Origin: an archaeon
Lineage (GTDB): Archaea; Iainarchaeota; Iainarchaeia; Iainarchaeales; 0-14-0-20-34-12
DNA length: 41,513 nucleotides
Assembly: GCA_038046645.1 (NCBI GenBank)
Contig: JBBSVU010000013.1
Span: forward strand, 1-41,513
Direction of reading: 5' to 3'
Under the pieces are notes generated by a model. It did not search any database, had not been told where the DNA came from, and saw only the letters and a list, made by a program, of their open reading frames with translations. This document shows positions 18,724 through 28,400 of this stretch, in pieces; within the stretch, counting starts at the first letter, position 1; every line of letters begins with the position of its first letter. A program made the position numbers and the translations under genes.

Positions 18724-21402
18724 ATGAGCAAATATCTAACTTTAACCGTGTTAATTACAGTTGTCTTATTTTTTTCAGGCACATATGCAGCTTCCCCAAA
18801 CAGGGAAACACTAACTATTTCAGGCATATTAAAAACACCAGATGGCAATTTCTTAAATGGGAATTACAATATTGATTTTAATATTATAAATTCCGCTGGC
18901 ACAAGTGTTTATGATGAAAACCATAATGGTTCACAAGCCCCGCAAGTTTCTGTTTCCAATGGCTATTTTTCAGTAACCTTGGGAGACACCAATGCTTTGC
19001 CAAGCAATTTATTTACTGGAGATTTTAATTTATCAGTAAGTGTAAATTCAAACGGATGGATGACTCCTAGTATGAGGTTAACAGCAGCAGCAAATGCAGT
19101 TACTGCATCAAGGGCTCTTGATTTTAATGTTTCAAATGATTTGAATGTAAATAGGTTTTTGAAAATAGGTTCTGATTTGAATGTGGGCAATAAGTTGAAT
19201 GTATATGATTTCAATGCTTTATACTTTAGAATAAGTTCATTTTTTGGTTCAGATTTAAATGCACAGTACTATAGACAATCAGACGCTAATGCAGTCCTGT
19301 TGAAAAAAGCAGATCTAAACAATGCAGCAGGAATAGCATTTGCAGCTTTAAACAACACAGACCTTAACTTACAGTACTACAGACAAACAGACGCAAACAC
19401 AATCTTTGCTAAATTTTCTGACATGAATCTACAGTACTTTTCACAATTGGATGCTAACGCAGTCCTGATGAAAAAAGCAGACATGAACTCACAGTATTAC
19501 ACCCAATCAGATGCAAATGCAGTTTTGGTAAAGCAGGTTGACTTAAACAGCTATGCAAGAACAATCTCTGCAACTTGGACATTCAATAATGATGTAAATG
19601 TTGTTGAAGACTTGAATGTAAAAAGAACTGCAAGAATCTGGAATTTAATAGTAAACAATACCACAACATTAGGTTCTTTAGTTTTAGCTAACTCAAACAC
19701 TGACTTTAATATTCCTGGTGGAAAAATAAACACCTTTGACTTAAATGTGGGAAGAGATCTCAACGTACAAAAAGATGCAAATGCAGAAAACCTAAGGGCA
19801 ATAGTAAACCTTACTTTAGGTTCAGCAATCTTTAACCAAAATTCAACTTTATCTGCCGTTACTCTTAGTGATGACTTCAACGCAGCGGGAACTGTTTCAG
19901 GCAAGGATTTGAATGCAACCAATCAAATTATTTTTGGCAATAATCAGGGTATTTTTATGCTTTCTGGGCCACCCCTAGTACAAGTGCTTTTGAATAGAGA
20001 CCTTAATGTGCAGGGAATACTGTCTGCTAGTGACTTAAATGCAGCGGGTTCAGTAAGATTGGGAACAGCTTCAGCAACAGTCCCAAGAACACTTACTTGG
20101 AATGCAGCATTATCAGCAATAACTTTGGATGACGACTTCAATGCAGCAGGAACTATCTCAGGCCTTGATTTAAATGCATTTAGAAATATATTAATTGGAA
20201 CATTGGATGCATCACCCCCAAAAATAATTACTTATAATATAAACGTAGGTAATGCCGGAGCAGTAGCCCTAAATGATGACCTCAATGTAGCAGGAACTAT
20301 CTCAGCTTGGGACTTAAATGCATCAAGAAATCTGTTGGTAGGGTTAGCAACAAGTGGCGGTCTTGCCCTTGGTGATGTAAATATTTATGGGAGCAGGATT
20401 GCTTTCGGTTCAAATCAAGCAGATGGAGGGACAAAGGAGATAGGGTATAATTCAGGAATATCTGCAGTTACTATTAATAACGATCTTAATGTACAAGGGA
20501 TTGTCTCAGCTTGGGACTTGAATGCATCAAGAGATGCAAATATTGCCAGAAACCTTAAGGTAAATGGAATAATATATGGAAACGGTTCTGGTTTAACTGG
20601 AATAACTGCTGATGTGAATGGAAAAACCATAGGCCCTTCTGATGTAAATGCAGATAATTTGATATTGGGAAGTGCGATTGAATTCGGTAAAGGCGGCTTG
20701 GCAAGAGGGGATGCCAATCTTATTGGGTCAATTTACCTTGGAACTTCAGGAGTAAATAGCGGCGTAAAGTTAACATATGATCCAACGCTATTTGCAACTT
20801 CTGGTTTTGGAAAAACAGGTGCACTTTCCATTAATGATGATGTGAATATTGGAGGATCAATTTTAGCTACTGACATTAATTCAGTAGGTTCAATACATGT
20901 GGGGTCAGGAGGAGCTCTTTCAGTTACTGCGGCAACAGATACTAATCAAATGCGCATAGGCTATGGCCATAGGTCAACAAGCCCAAGCCTTGATGCGAAT
21001 CTTTTAAGGATATTCTCACCAACAACAACCTCAACCTCCCATACTGGTTTGCTTATTGAAGGGGAACTTTTATTAATGACTATGCAAGGATTAACAGGAA
21101 ATAATGATGTAAACTTTAGTATTGCTTTAGGTGAGTCAGCAATGGCAATTGTACTAAATAACCGTAAATCTTACCTTAATGGCGGCCAAGCGCTTGATAT
21201 TAATTTAGTGACAGGCAATGGAAGTGCAGGAACACCAGCAGGAGCGGTCAATATTCTTGGTGATTTAAACATTTCTTCACAGACAGATAACAGACCTATG
21301 TGGGTTGATGGGAATATAAGTATATATGGCACAAGCACCACAGGCCCTGCTTGGTATACTTGTAATGTTTCTAGAGCAGTTTGGACCTGCACAGCCATAT
21401 AA
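18724..21402 (+). CDS. exported D-x-N repeat fibre/adhesin-like protein
   Basis: Signal peptide MSKYLTL..GTYA after SD-like GGTGAGG (track start 18706); N-terminal domain ISGILKTPDG..NGYFSVTLG..PSMRLTAAANA; 48 D-x-N tripeptides by hand count; C-terminal Cys pair. Confidence 0.8.
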   Translation: MSKYLTLTVLITVVLFFSGTYAASPNRETLTISGILKTPDGNFLNGNYNIDFNIINSAGTSVYDENHNGSQAPQVSVSNGYFSVTLGDTNALPSNLFTGDFNLSVSVNSNGWMTPSMRLTAAANAVTASRALDFNVSNDLNVNRFLKIGSDLNVGNKLNVYDFNALYFRISSFFGSDLNAQYYRQSDANAVLLKKADLNNAAGIAFAALNNTDLNLQYYRQTDANTIFAKFSDMNLQYFSQLDANAVLMKKADMNSQYYTQSDANAVLVKQVDLNSYARTISATWTFNNDVNVVEDLNVKRTARIWNLIVNNTTTLGSLVLANSNTDFNIPGGKINTFDLNVGRDLNVQKDANAENLRAIVNLTLGSAIFNQNSTLSAVTLSDDFNAAGTVSGKDLNATNQIIFGNNQGIFMLSGPPLVQVLLNRDLNVQGILSASDLNAAGSVRLGTASATVPRTLTWNAALSAITLDDDFNAAGTISGLDLNAFRNILIGTLDASPPKIITYNINVGNAGAVALNDDLNVAGTISAWDLNASRNLLVGLATSGGLALGDVNIYGSRIAFGSNQADGGTKEIGYNSGISAVTINNDLNVQGIVSAWDLNASRDANIARNLKVNGIIYGNGSGLTGITADVNGKTIGPSDVNADNLILGSAIEFGKGGLARGDANLIGSIYLGTSGVNSGVKLTYDPTLFATSGFGKTGALSINDDVNIGGSILATDINSVGSIHVGSGGALSVTAATDTNQMRIGYGHRSTSPSLDANLLRIFSPTTTSTSHTGLLIEGELLLMTMQGLTGNNDVNFSIALGESAMAIVLNNRKSYLNGGQALDINLVTGNGSAGTPAGAVNILGDLNISSQTDNRPMWVDGNISIYGTSTTGPAWYTCNVSRAVWTCTAI
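19252..19548 (+). repeat. intragenic 10/20-aa tandem repeat (DLNxQYYxQx DANAVLxKKA)
   Basis: Four 20-aa units; DNA similarity visible, e.g. gcagtcctgttgaaaaaagcaga vs gcagtcctgatgaaaaaagcaga. Confidence 0.8.
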
Positions 21403-21492
21403 TTAAGGTAATTGCTCCAGATATGTGACTGCCGTAACATTTGATTGCTGTTTTAATTAAGATATCTATATATAGAGAGCAAACAAGTAATA

Positions 21493-22341
21493 TTAAAAAC
21501 AGCTTTTCTTTCCTTCAGCATTCCTTGAACTCTTTCCGAATTCCTTTGATTTTCTTAATTGTTCATTGTAGAAAACAGGGCCATCCTTACAAATAAGTTG
21601 ATCATCGATAGCACACTGCCCACAAATCCCAATTCCGCATTTCATATATCTTTCCAAAGAAATTTGGCAAATGATTTTGTGCTTTTCACAAATATCAAAT
21701 ATTTTTTTCAGCAGAATTTCAGGGCCGCAGGCAAACACACAATCTATTTTCTTTTTGCTTTTTATAAATTCTTCAAGTGCTTCTGTCGGATATCCTTTTT
21801 TTCCAACAGAACCATCCTCGCTGAATATTTCTAATTCATTTGACAATTTTCCGAATTCCCTTTCAAAAAATAAAAATTCTTTATTTCTTGCCCCTAATGA
21901 AGTATAAACTTTTGACCTGTGCTTTTTCAGTTCTTCTGCCAATGGTTTTAATGGGGCGATTCCGCAACCGCCTGCAATAATTGCTGCATTTTTTATTTTT
22001 TCAATCTCAAAACCCTTTCCAAAAGGCCCTCTTACCCCTAAAACTGTTCCCTCTTTTATTTTGAATAATTGTTCAGTAAAAGACCCTCTTTTTTGAACAG
22101 TAATTGAACAATCCTTCCCTAAGTTGGAAAACGCAAATGGTTTTTCATTAACTTCTGGAAGCCACACCATCACAAACTGCCCTGGCTTTGCATCAATTTG
22201 TTTGTCAAAATAAAATGTCTTTATGTTTGGGTTTTCTTGCACAATTTTAATTACTCTTACCGTGCTGAAATCCTTTACCGTATTTCCTGTTACTGCATTT
22301 TGGCAATTGCCTTCCTTGCAGCAGCAATCTTCCTTACACAT
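21493..22341 (-). CDS. pyrK: dihydroorotate dehydrogenase electron transfer subunit
   Basis: KPGQFVMVW, VRGPFGKGF, AGGCGIAP, ACGPE, SLERYMKCGIGICGQC..ICKDGPVF [2Fe-2S] motif; overlaps pyrD stop by 8 nt. Confidence 0.95.
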   Translation of the reverse strand: MCKEDCCCKEGNCQNAVTGNTVKDFSTVRVIKIVQENPNIKTFYFDKQIDAKPGQFVMVWLPEVNEKPFAFSNLGKDCSITVQKRGSFTEQLFKIKEGTVLGVRGPFGKGFEIEKIKNAAIIAGGCGIAPLKPLAEELKKHRSKVYTSLGARNKEFLFFEREFGKLSNELEIFSEDGSVGKKGYPTEALEEFIKSKKKIDCVFACGPEILLKKIFDICEKHKIICQISLERYMKCGIGICGQCAIDDQLICKDGPVFYNEQLRKSKEFGKSSRNAEGKKSCF

Positions 22342-23248
22342 GTGCCAGCCCTTTTAATTTGTCCAGATTTTTGTAATTATGTTCTTTCATCCAGTTTCCT
22401 ATTTCTTTATTTATTTTCCCAAATGCTTCAAATCCAGAATAATAAACTGCAGAACCGATTCCAATAGCACTAGCTCCTGCCTGCATCATTTCAATTGCAT
22501 CCTTTCCTGAAACTACGCCGCCTGTACCTACAATCGGTATCTGCACCTTTTCATATATTTCATACACACAGCGGATAGCTATTGGCTTTATCATGGGCCC
22601 TGATAAGCCGCCTTTCTTGAAGCTTAACATAGGCTTTGCAGTTTCAATGTCAATTACCATTCCAGGCCCAGCTGTATTTATCGCGCAAATAGCATCTGCC
22701 CCCGCATTCTCACAGGCTTTTGCTATTTCACCAATATTCAATGCCTGCGGTGTCAATTTTGGAATAATCGGAATCTTTCCAGAAACATCCTTGCAGTCAG
22801 AAACAATGCCTGCACAAATATCCTTGTCTAAGCCGAATGCTGAACCGAATTTTTCAACATTCGGGCAGGATACATTCAATTCAATTGCATTTGGTTTTAA
22901 GGCAGCAATATATTCAGCAATCATTTTGTAATCAGAAATCTTTTCCCCGAAAATGCTTACTATGAACGGAATCTTCAATATTTTTTTAATTTCTTCAATC
23001 TCTGCATCAATATTTTTATATCCGACATTTGACAATCCGACCGCATTTATTATGCCATATTGCAGCGGCAATATTGTTGGATTTTTATGTCCAGACCTAG
23101 GATTTGGGCCGATTGATTTTAAGGTTACTGCCCCTGCCCCATTTTCTTCACATCTTTTCAATAATGGAGCAGAAATGCCTACAATGCCGGATGCTAAAAT
23201 TAGTGGGCTTTTTAATTTAAGCCCTGCAAACATACAGTCTAATCTCAT
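22334..23248 (-). CDS. pyrD: dihydroorotate dehydrogenase class 1B catalytic subunit
   Basis: LILASG, INAVGLSN, ELNVSCPNV, KLTP, INT, GGLSGP, GTGGV; start placed at ATG 23248 (track start 23293). Confidence 0.95.
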   Translation of the reverse strand: MRLDCMFAGLKLKSPLILASGIVGISAPLLKRCEENGAGAVTLKSIGPNPRSGHKNPTILPLQYGIINAVGLSNVGYKNIDAEIEEIKKILKIPFIVSIFGEKISDYKMIAEYIAALKPNAIELNVSCPNVEKFGSAFGLDKDICAGIVSDCKDVSGKIPIIPKLTPQALNIGEIAKACENAGADAICAINTAGPGMVIDIETAKPMLSFKKGGLSGPMIKPIAIRCVYEIYEKVQIPIVGTGGVVSGKDAIEMMQAGASAIGIGSAVYYSGFEAFGKINKEIGNWMKEHNYKNLDKLKGLAHV

Positions 23249-23410
23249 TCTAATATTCTTCTTCAAACTTATATTTAACCTTTTTTTATTCATAAAGAGT
23301 GCAAAAAATAGCGGAATTATGCTTAGAAAAAGATTTTTTCCTTTGGGAATTATTATTTTCCCTTGATTTTTGTTATGTTTAACTGCAGGTATGTGATGGA
23401 TGCCATTTAA

Positions 23411-23932
23411 TTATTTAATTTCAGGGTTGAAAAGCATATACTGTTTAGTCATTTCATCATATTTGTTGTCTGTCCCTGCAAATGTTACATTTCCATCCAC
23501 TACTTTTATGAGAATTGCGTGCAATGTTTTTTCTTCAGGCACTGGTGCGCCCTCCCTATTCCCATAGCCAGGATGCTTGCTATAATATCTCAATTTGAAC
23601 AACATTTCCTTATCGCCCATTTTTTGATAACCTGCAAATGTAATTGTGTCCATTATGCCGTCATAGGCAAATGTTGGTGTTTTTAACAAATATGCAACAG
23701 CAATATCCAGATATTCTTCAGCCAAAGGATCTATTTGTTCTTGTGGCGGATTCTGTTCAGAATTAGCATCACTTGCTTGATTGTTTGCATCCGCTACTTT
23801 ACTTAATTCACTGTTTTTATCCTGCGTGTTATTATCAATTCCACTCGTTAAATTTTCCTGATTTGAATATGCCACAAACACAATCAGAAAGCTCAATACA
23901 GCTAATATTAACAAAAAGGATATTTTTTGCAT
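23411..23932 (-). CDS. membrane-anchored/exported hypothetical protein
   Basis: Hydrophobic N-terminus, polar linker, compact domain TPTFAYDG..HPGYGNREG..TLHAILIKVVDG. Confidence 0.75.
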   Translation of the reverse strand: MQKISFLLILAVLSFLIVFVAYSNQENLTSGIDNNTQDKNSELSKVADANNQASDANSEQNPPQEQIDPLAEEYLDIAVAYLLKTPTFAYDGIMDTITFAGYQKMGDKEMLFKLRYYSKHPGYGNREGAPVPEEKTLHAILIKVVDGNVTFAGTDNKYDEMTKQYMLFNPEIK

Positions 23933-23987
23933 AATACTCTTATCAATTAAGCAACCAAAATGTTTTTATGCAAGACCTGATTATTTG

Positions 23988-24057
23988 CAGGGTGTCGAAT
24001 ACTTTAGCATTAAGGATAACTAAGTGAAACATATATTTTTATTTGTTCGACACCCTG
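23988..24057. repeat. 70-bp element with perfect 12-bp terminal inverted repeats (MITE-like or operator/hairpin)
   Basis: cagggtgtcgaa 23988-23999 and ttcgacaccctg 24046-24057 between divergent genes. Confidence 0.7.
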
Positions 24058-24066
24058 TGATATGTT

Positions 24067-24789
24067 ATGCCTATTATTCAGAAGGTTATAGCATTTGTTC
24101 TCATATCCCTATTTGTTTTCATATTCACTTTATTTATTCTGCTGTATACCTTAAGCACAACCGCGTTGAATCCAGATTATTTAATTAAGGAACTTGAAAA
24201 TAACCAGGTTTATAACAAAATTTCTTTAGCTTTGCCAATGCTAAGCCAATATTATTCAAAAGAGGATTTGAAAAAAGAGGCAGAATTGTTTATTAAATCT
24301 GTAATTCCCACATCATCAAACCCAAATCCTGATTATTCAAAATATTTGTTTTATTTAGGGGATAAAGCAGCCCAATTTAATGAGATTATGCCGACGCTTT
24401 CATTAATCTTTTTCCTTTATATCAACCAATGGATTCTTCTGGTTGTTTCATTTATCCTTTTGCTTATTTTGGTTTTAACCCAAACTAACCTATTGGACAG
24501 GTTAAAAATAATTGCAAAGGCATTTTTCAAATCAGCAATTACCTTATTCATCTATGCTGGCTTAGTTTATTTTTTAGTAAATACTGTGCTTCCCGCATTA
24601 GTCCCTGCAAACCAAAATCCTATTGCACAGATATTGATGCCTGTAGTTTTATCAGTATTAAACGCATTAGCAAATAACCTTCTGGTTTATGGCATAGCCT
24701 GCATTTTCCTCACCTTATTGTTATATCTTTTAGTTTATCTGTTAGGCAGAAAAAATAAGGATTTGATTAATAAGCAAATCGCAGTCTAA
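24067..24789 (+). CDS. multi-pass membrane hypothetical protein
   Basis: 240-aa ORF with four long hydrophobic segments. Confidence 0.8.
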   Translation: MPIIQKVIAFVLISLFVFIFTLFILLYTLSTTALNPDYLIKELENNQVYNKISLALPMLSQYYSKEDLKKEAELFIKSVIPTSSNPNPDYSKYLFYLGDKAAQFNEIMPTLSLIFFLYINQWILLVVSFILLLILVLTQTNLLDRLKIIAKAFFKSAITLFIYAGLVYFLVNTVLPALVPANQNPIAQILMPVVLSVLNALANNLLVYGIACIFLTLLLYLLVYLLGRKNKDLINKQIAV

Positions 24790-24798
24790 TTTTCTAAT

Positions 24799-25431
24799 AT
24801 GCCTGAAACAATTGTTTCTCTTTACAGTGAAAAAACTAGGAGATTCTACAAGCTTTTTAAGACAGATGATTTTCCTGCATTGGAAATTTCAGGCATAAGA
24901 ATGCATTGCGTTCAGGAAACAAGCCCTAAAAAAAGCACATACGGAATGGTTGAACCATTAAAGCCAATTTACGGTGTGGCTTTAGATTGCTGTGCATGTT
25001 TGGGTTATACCGCAATTGCATTATCCAAAGAAAAGAATATTTCTAAGGTATTTACCTTTGAGAAAGATACAAATGTTTTTGAGTTGGCAAAACAAAACCC
25101 CGCATCAGAACAGTTGTTTAACTCAAAAAAGATTGGGTTTGCGCTTGCAGATATTGCTGAACAAATTATTAATTTCCGGAATGATTTTTTTGATTGCATT
25201 CTGCATGACCCACCATCAATAAAAATAGCTGGCGAATTATACAGCTTAGATTTTTACAGGCAGTTATTCCGTGTTTTGAAGCAAAGAGGTAAATTATTCC
25301 ATTATACAGGAAATCCTTCAGGCAGGGGCGGCAATGATGTAATGAAAGGAGTTATGCGCAGGTTGCAGGAAGCAGGTTTTAGAACTGTAAAAAGAATGGA
25401 AAAAAGCAAGGGAATCCTTGCATTAAAATGA
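24799..25431 (+). CDS. class I SAM-dependent methyltransferase (COG2521-like)
   Basis: LEISGIRMH, LDCCACLGYTAI, TFEKD, ILHDPP..AGELYS..FYRQLFRVLK..LFHYTG. Confidence 0.85.
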   Translation: MPETIVSLYSEKTRRFYKLFKTDDFPALEISGIRMHCVQETSPKKSTYGMVEPLKPIYGVALDCCACLGYTAIALSKEKNISKVFTFEKDTNVFELAKQNPASEQLFNSKKIGFALADIAEQIINFRNDFFDCILHDPPSIKIAGELYSLDFYRQLFRVLKQRGKLFHYTGNPSGRGGNDVMKGVMRRLQEAGFRTVKRMEKSKGILALK

Positions 25432-25446
25432 TTCCCTTAACCTAAT

Positions 25447-28400
25447 TTAAAATTTGAATTCCTCTTCTGTCTGCCCTGCATTTTCATTATTCTCTTCCTG
25501 TTTTTCCTTGTTTTTCACAAACCAGAAACCTGCAACAGCCAATATTAGCAGAATAATGGCAATGCCTATTTCCATATACGGCAACTTCGGAAGCTCAAAT
25601 ATTGAGCCGATATTTGCATCTATAAAATTCATATCCACATTTGCATTAATGTCTGCCTTTGCTGCAATGCATTTTCCCTTGCTGCATTTCTTGTTTGTTC
25701 CACAATTCGCACCATCTTCTTTGTTTGTATATTTGCATTTTCCTGTTGTTGCTACACATTCCGATGTTTTGCATGCATTTATATTGCATTTGACATTCTT
25801 GCATAAATCAATTGATTCTTCACCAGCATATGCAAATGAGGCTTCCCATTTGTTGACATCGCTTGCGCTTAATTTGCTTAAATCCTTCTTGAAGCTGTAT
25901 TCAATTGTCTTTGAGGCGCCTTTTGCCAATTCGCTAATGCCAAATTCAAGAACAGGGTCTTCAACAAGGATATTGTATGTTGCGCTTGTGGTTATCTTTC
26001 CTACGGCAGTATCCAAAATCTCTTTCGGGATTACATCAATTATTTTCAAATCCTTGTATTTCACTTTATCGTTGTTCTTTACAGTTATTTTTACAATTGT
26101 GTTTGCATCATTCCCTTTTGCATATGTTTTGATTTCTTTTGTAACCTCAATTTTATCGCTTAGTCCAAAAGCAGCCTCTTGCTCAGAATTCTTGTCTGCT
26201 ATTTCAAGCAGGGATTCAATGTCTGCATTTTTTAAATTTTCAGATGAAAGTGTTTTGTTGAATACCAAATCTTCAACTTTTTGGGGTGGCGGGTTGTAAG
26301 GCGTTGGGTTTGGACCAGGGCTTCCTTGTGAATTATTGTTTGGTGCATTATCTGTGCAAGTACAAGTCTCTTGATTTAATGACTGATTTGGCCCACAGGT
26401 TAAATTGCACTGGCAGCTGCATAATTGTGCATTTAGTGTTTTATTCCCTGTGCAGGTTAAGTTGCAAGGGGGTATTTCTTCCCCACAAGATAAATAAAAT
26501 AAATTGCCGTTCCCATTGTTGCCTGCTGTTAATAAGTGTGTTTTGTTATCTCCCCCTTTTACTATATCTTGTATTGCACTCGAATTATGGCTTTCTAGTT
26601 CGGCATAAGAATATTGTTTCCAAGTTGTTCCATCTGTTGTTTTGACTATCTTTGATTCTGTGCCATTAGAGCTTATAGAAAATATATCGTTATCTATCTT
26701 CTTTAATTTCCCCAAAATTACATAAGTTGTTAGCGTAGGTACTGTGCCAATAGCCGACCAAGCATTGTTATTGTATTTGAATATTTCACCATTTTGGGCT
26801 AAGGTTAGTAACACATTATCTGAGATTTCTGCAGTAGATACTGCCGCAGAGTACATAGTTTGTATAACCTTTGGATTGTCATTGTTTGGCCAAATTACAA
26901 TAGGGTAAGGCCAATTTTGCAATCCCTCCTTATTATAAAATACTAATGCCCCAAGTTTGCAATATCCGCTAGCATATATTGTTTTTTTATCTGGTGAACT
27001 TGACAAACCCATAATTAAACAGCTTGCGTCATATACAACCTCACCTTCTATCTGGTTTGTAGTTTTGTTTAATTTATGTGCGTTGTCCCCAGTTGATACA
27101 ACAATTTGCTGATCAGAGGTTTCAACAATCCCCCTTATTTGTTTTCCATTTAAAAGGTTGCCTGTAATGGTTATCCAACCATCTTTTGCTGCATTTAGCC
27201 TTATTATGTGTGTATCATTATAACCAGCTACAAATATATTGTCTTCGGAATCAATCAAAAGATGCCCTGTATCATAGGGTACACCAAATTTAGAAGCAAC
27301 AATATCCCAAGTAGAACCGTTATTAGTAGATTTGTATACAACGCCTTTAGATTCATCGGAAAGGTATGCTAAAACATATAATGTTCCATCACTTGTTTTT
27401 TCTATTGCTTTGGGGAGTATCTTTTCTCCAAAGAAATATTTGTATTTCCAATAGCAGCTTGAATCAGTACTTATTGCAAAAGGAGCTGCTTTTAACCGTA
27501 TTTTTATTGTATCGATTGCGGTTGCCCCACTGCCATCTGTTACCAATACTTTAAAGTCATAGATATTGCCGCCATCGTTTGCACTTAATGTTAAATTAAA
27601 GCTGTTTGCCGGTATTTGCGGTATTGTTTTTGCTGGCCCAGAAATTTGCGACCATAAACAAGTATAGCTATCCTCCTCAGGATCAATGCTGCTTGTGCAT
27701 TTTATTGTAACTGTGCCAGTGGGATTAACTTCAATGTTGGAATCAATATCCTGCCCTAATTCGCTGTCTGTTGTGATTATTGCAGTAGGTGCTTGATTTG
27801 TAGGTTCTAGTGCGTTAATTATCATAATTGTTTCATTTGTTTGGTCAATAGTATCGGTTACTGTAAGTTTAAAGGAGTATGCTCCTTTTGATGGAACAGT
27901 CCAAGTAAATGCCTGATTTGTAGCAAACTCGATTACACCTGAACTAAAAACGTATTTTTTAATTCCTTTGTCATCAGTGCTTATTGATTCAAAATAAATA
28001 GTATCCCCCTCATAAATATTATTAGTAGTTACATCAGGGGTTGTTTTTATTATTGCAACCGGAGGATTGTCCACTGGAGCATTTACAGTCATAATCACTT
28101 CATCAAATGCTGTCTGACTTTGTGAATCTGTTACTGTAATTTTGAATTTGTATGACCCAACTGTTGCGAATGTAATCATTGGGGTTAAGGTAGTGTCATT
28201 TGAAATAGCAACAGCAGGGCCTGTGGTTTGCGTCCATTTGATTGCAGGATTAGGTTTATCATCGCTTGCTGTCCCGTGCAATGCAACAGTTGAACCAACT
28301 GTTGTTGTTCCATCATCCCCAGCACCTGCTGTTGGTGGATTATCTGTATAGCAACCATACTTTAGTATTTTAGCCCCATTAGCATTAAAGCCAGACACAA

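Noticed and set aside
408..21402. Diversity-generating retroelement (TR/VR pair) behind the fibre repeats
   Set aside because: Both copies are coding, mismatches are mostly synonymous and not confined to adenines, and no reverse transcriptase is in the window.
18724..21402. Provirus tail-fibre gene
   Set aside because: Has a signal peptide, is flanked by housekeeping genes, and no capsid, terminase or portal genes are present.
24001..24030. Xer dif site inside the inverted-repeat element
   Set aside because: Arms do not fit the 11-6-11 layout with inner TAA/TTA.
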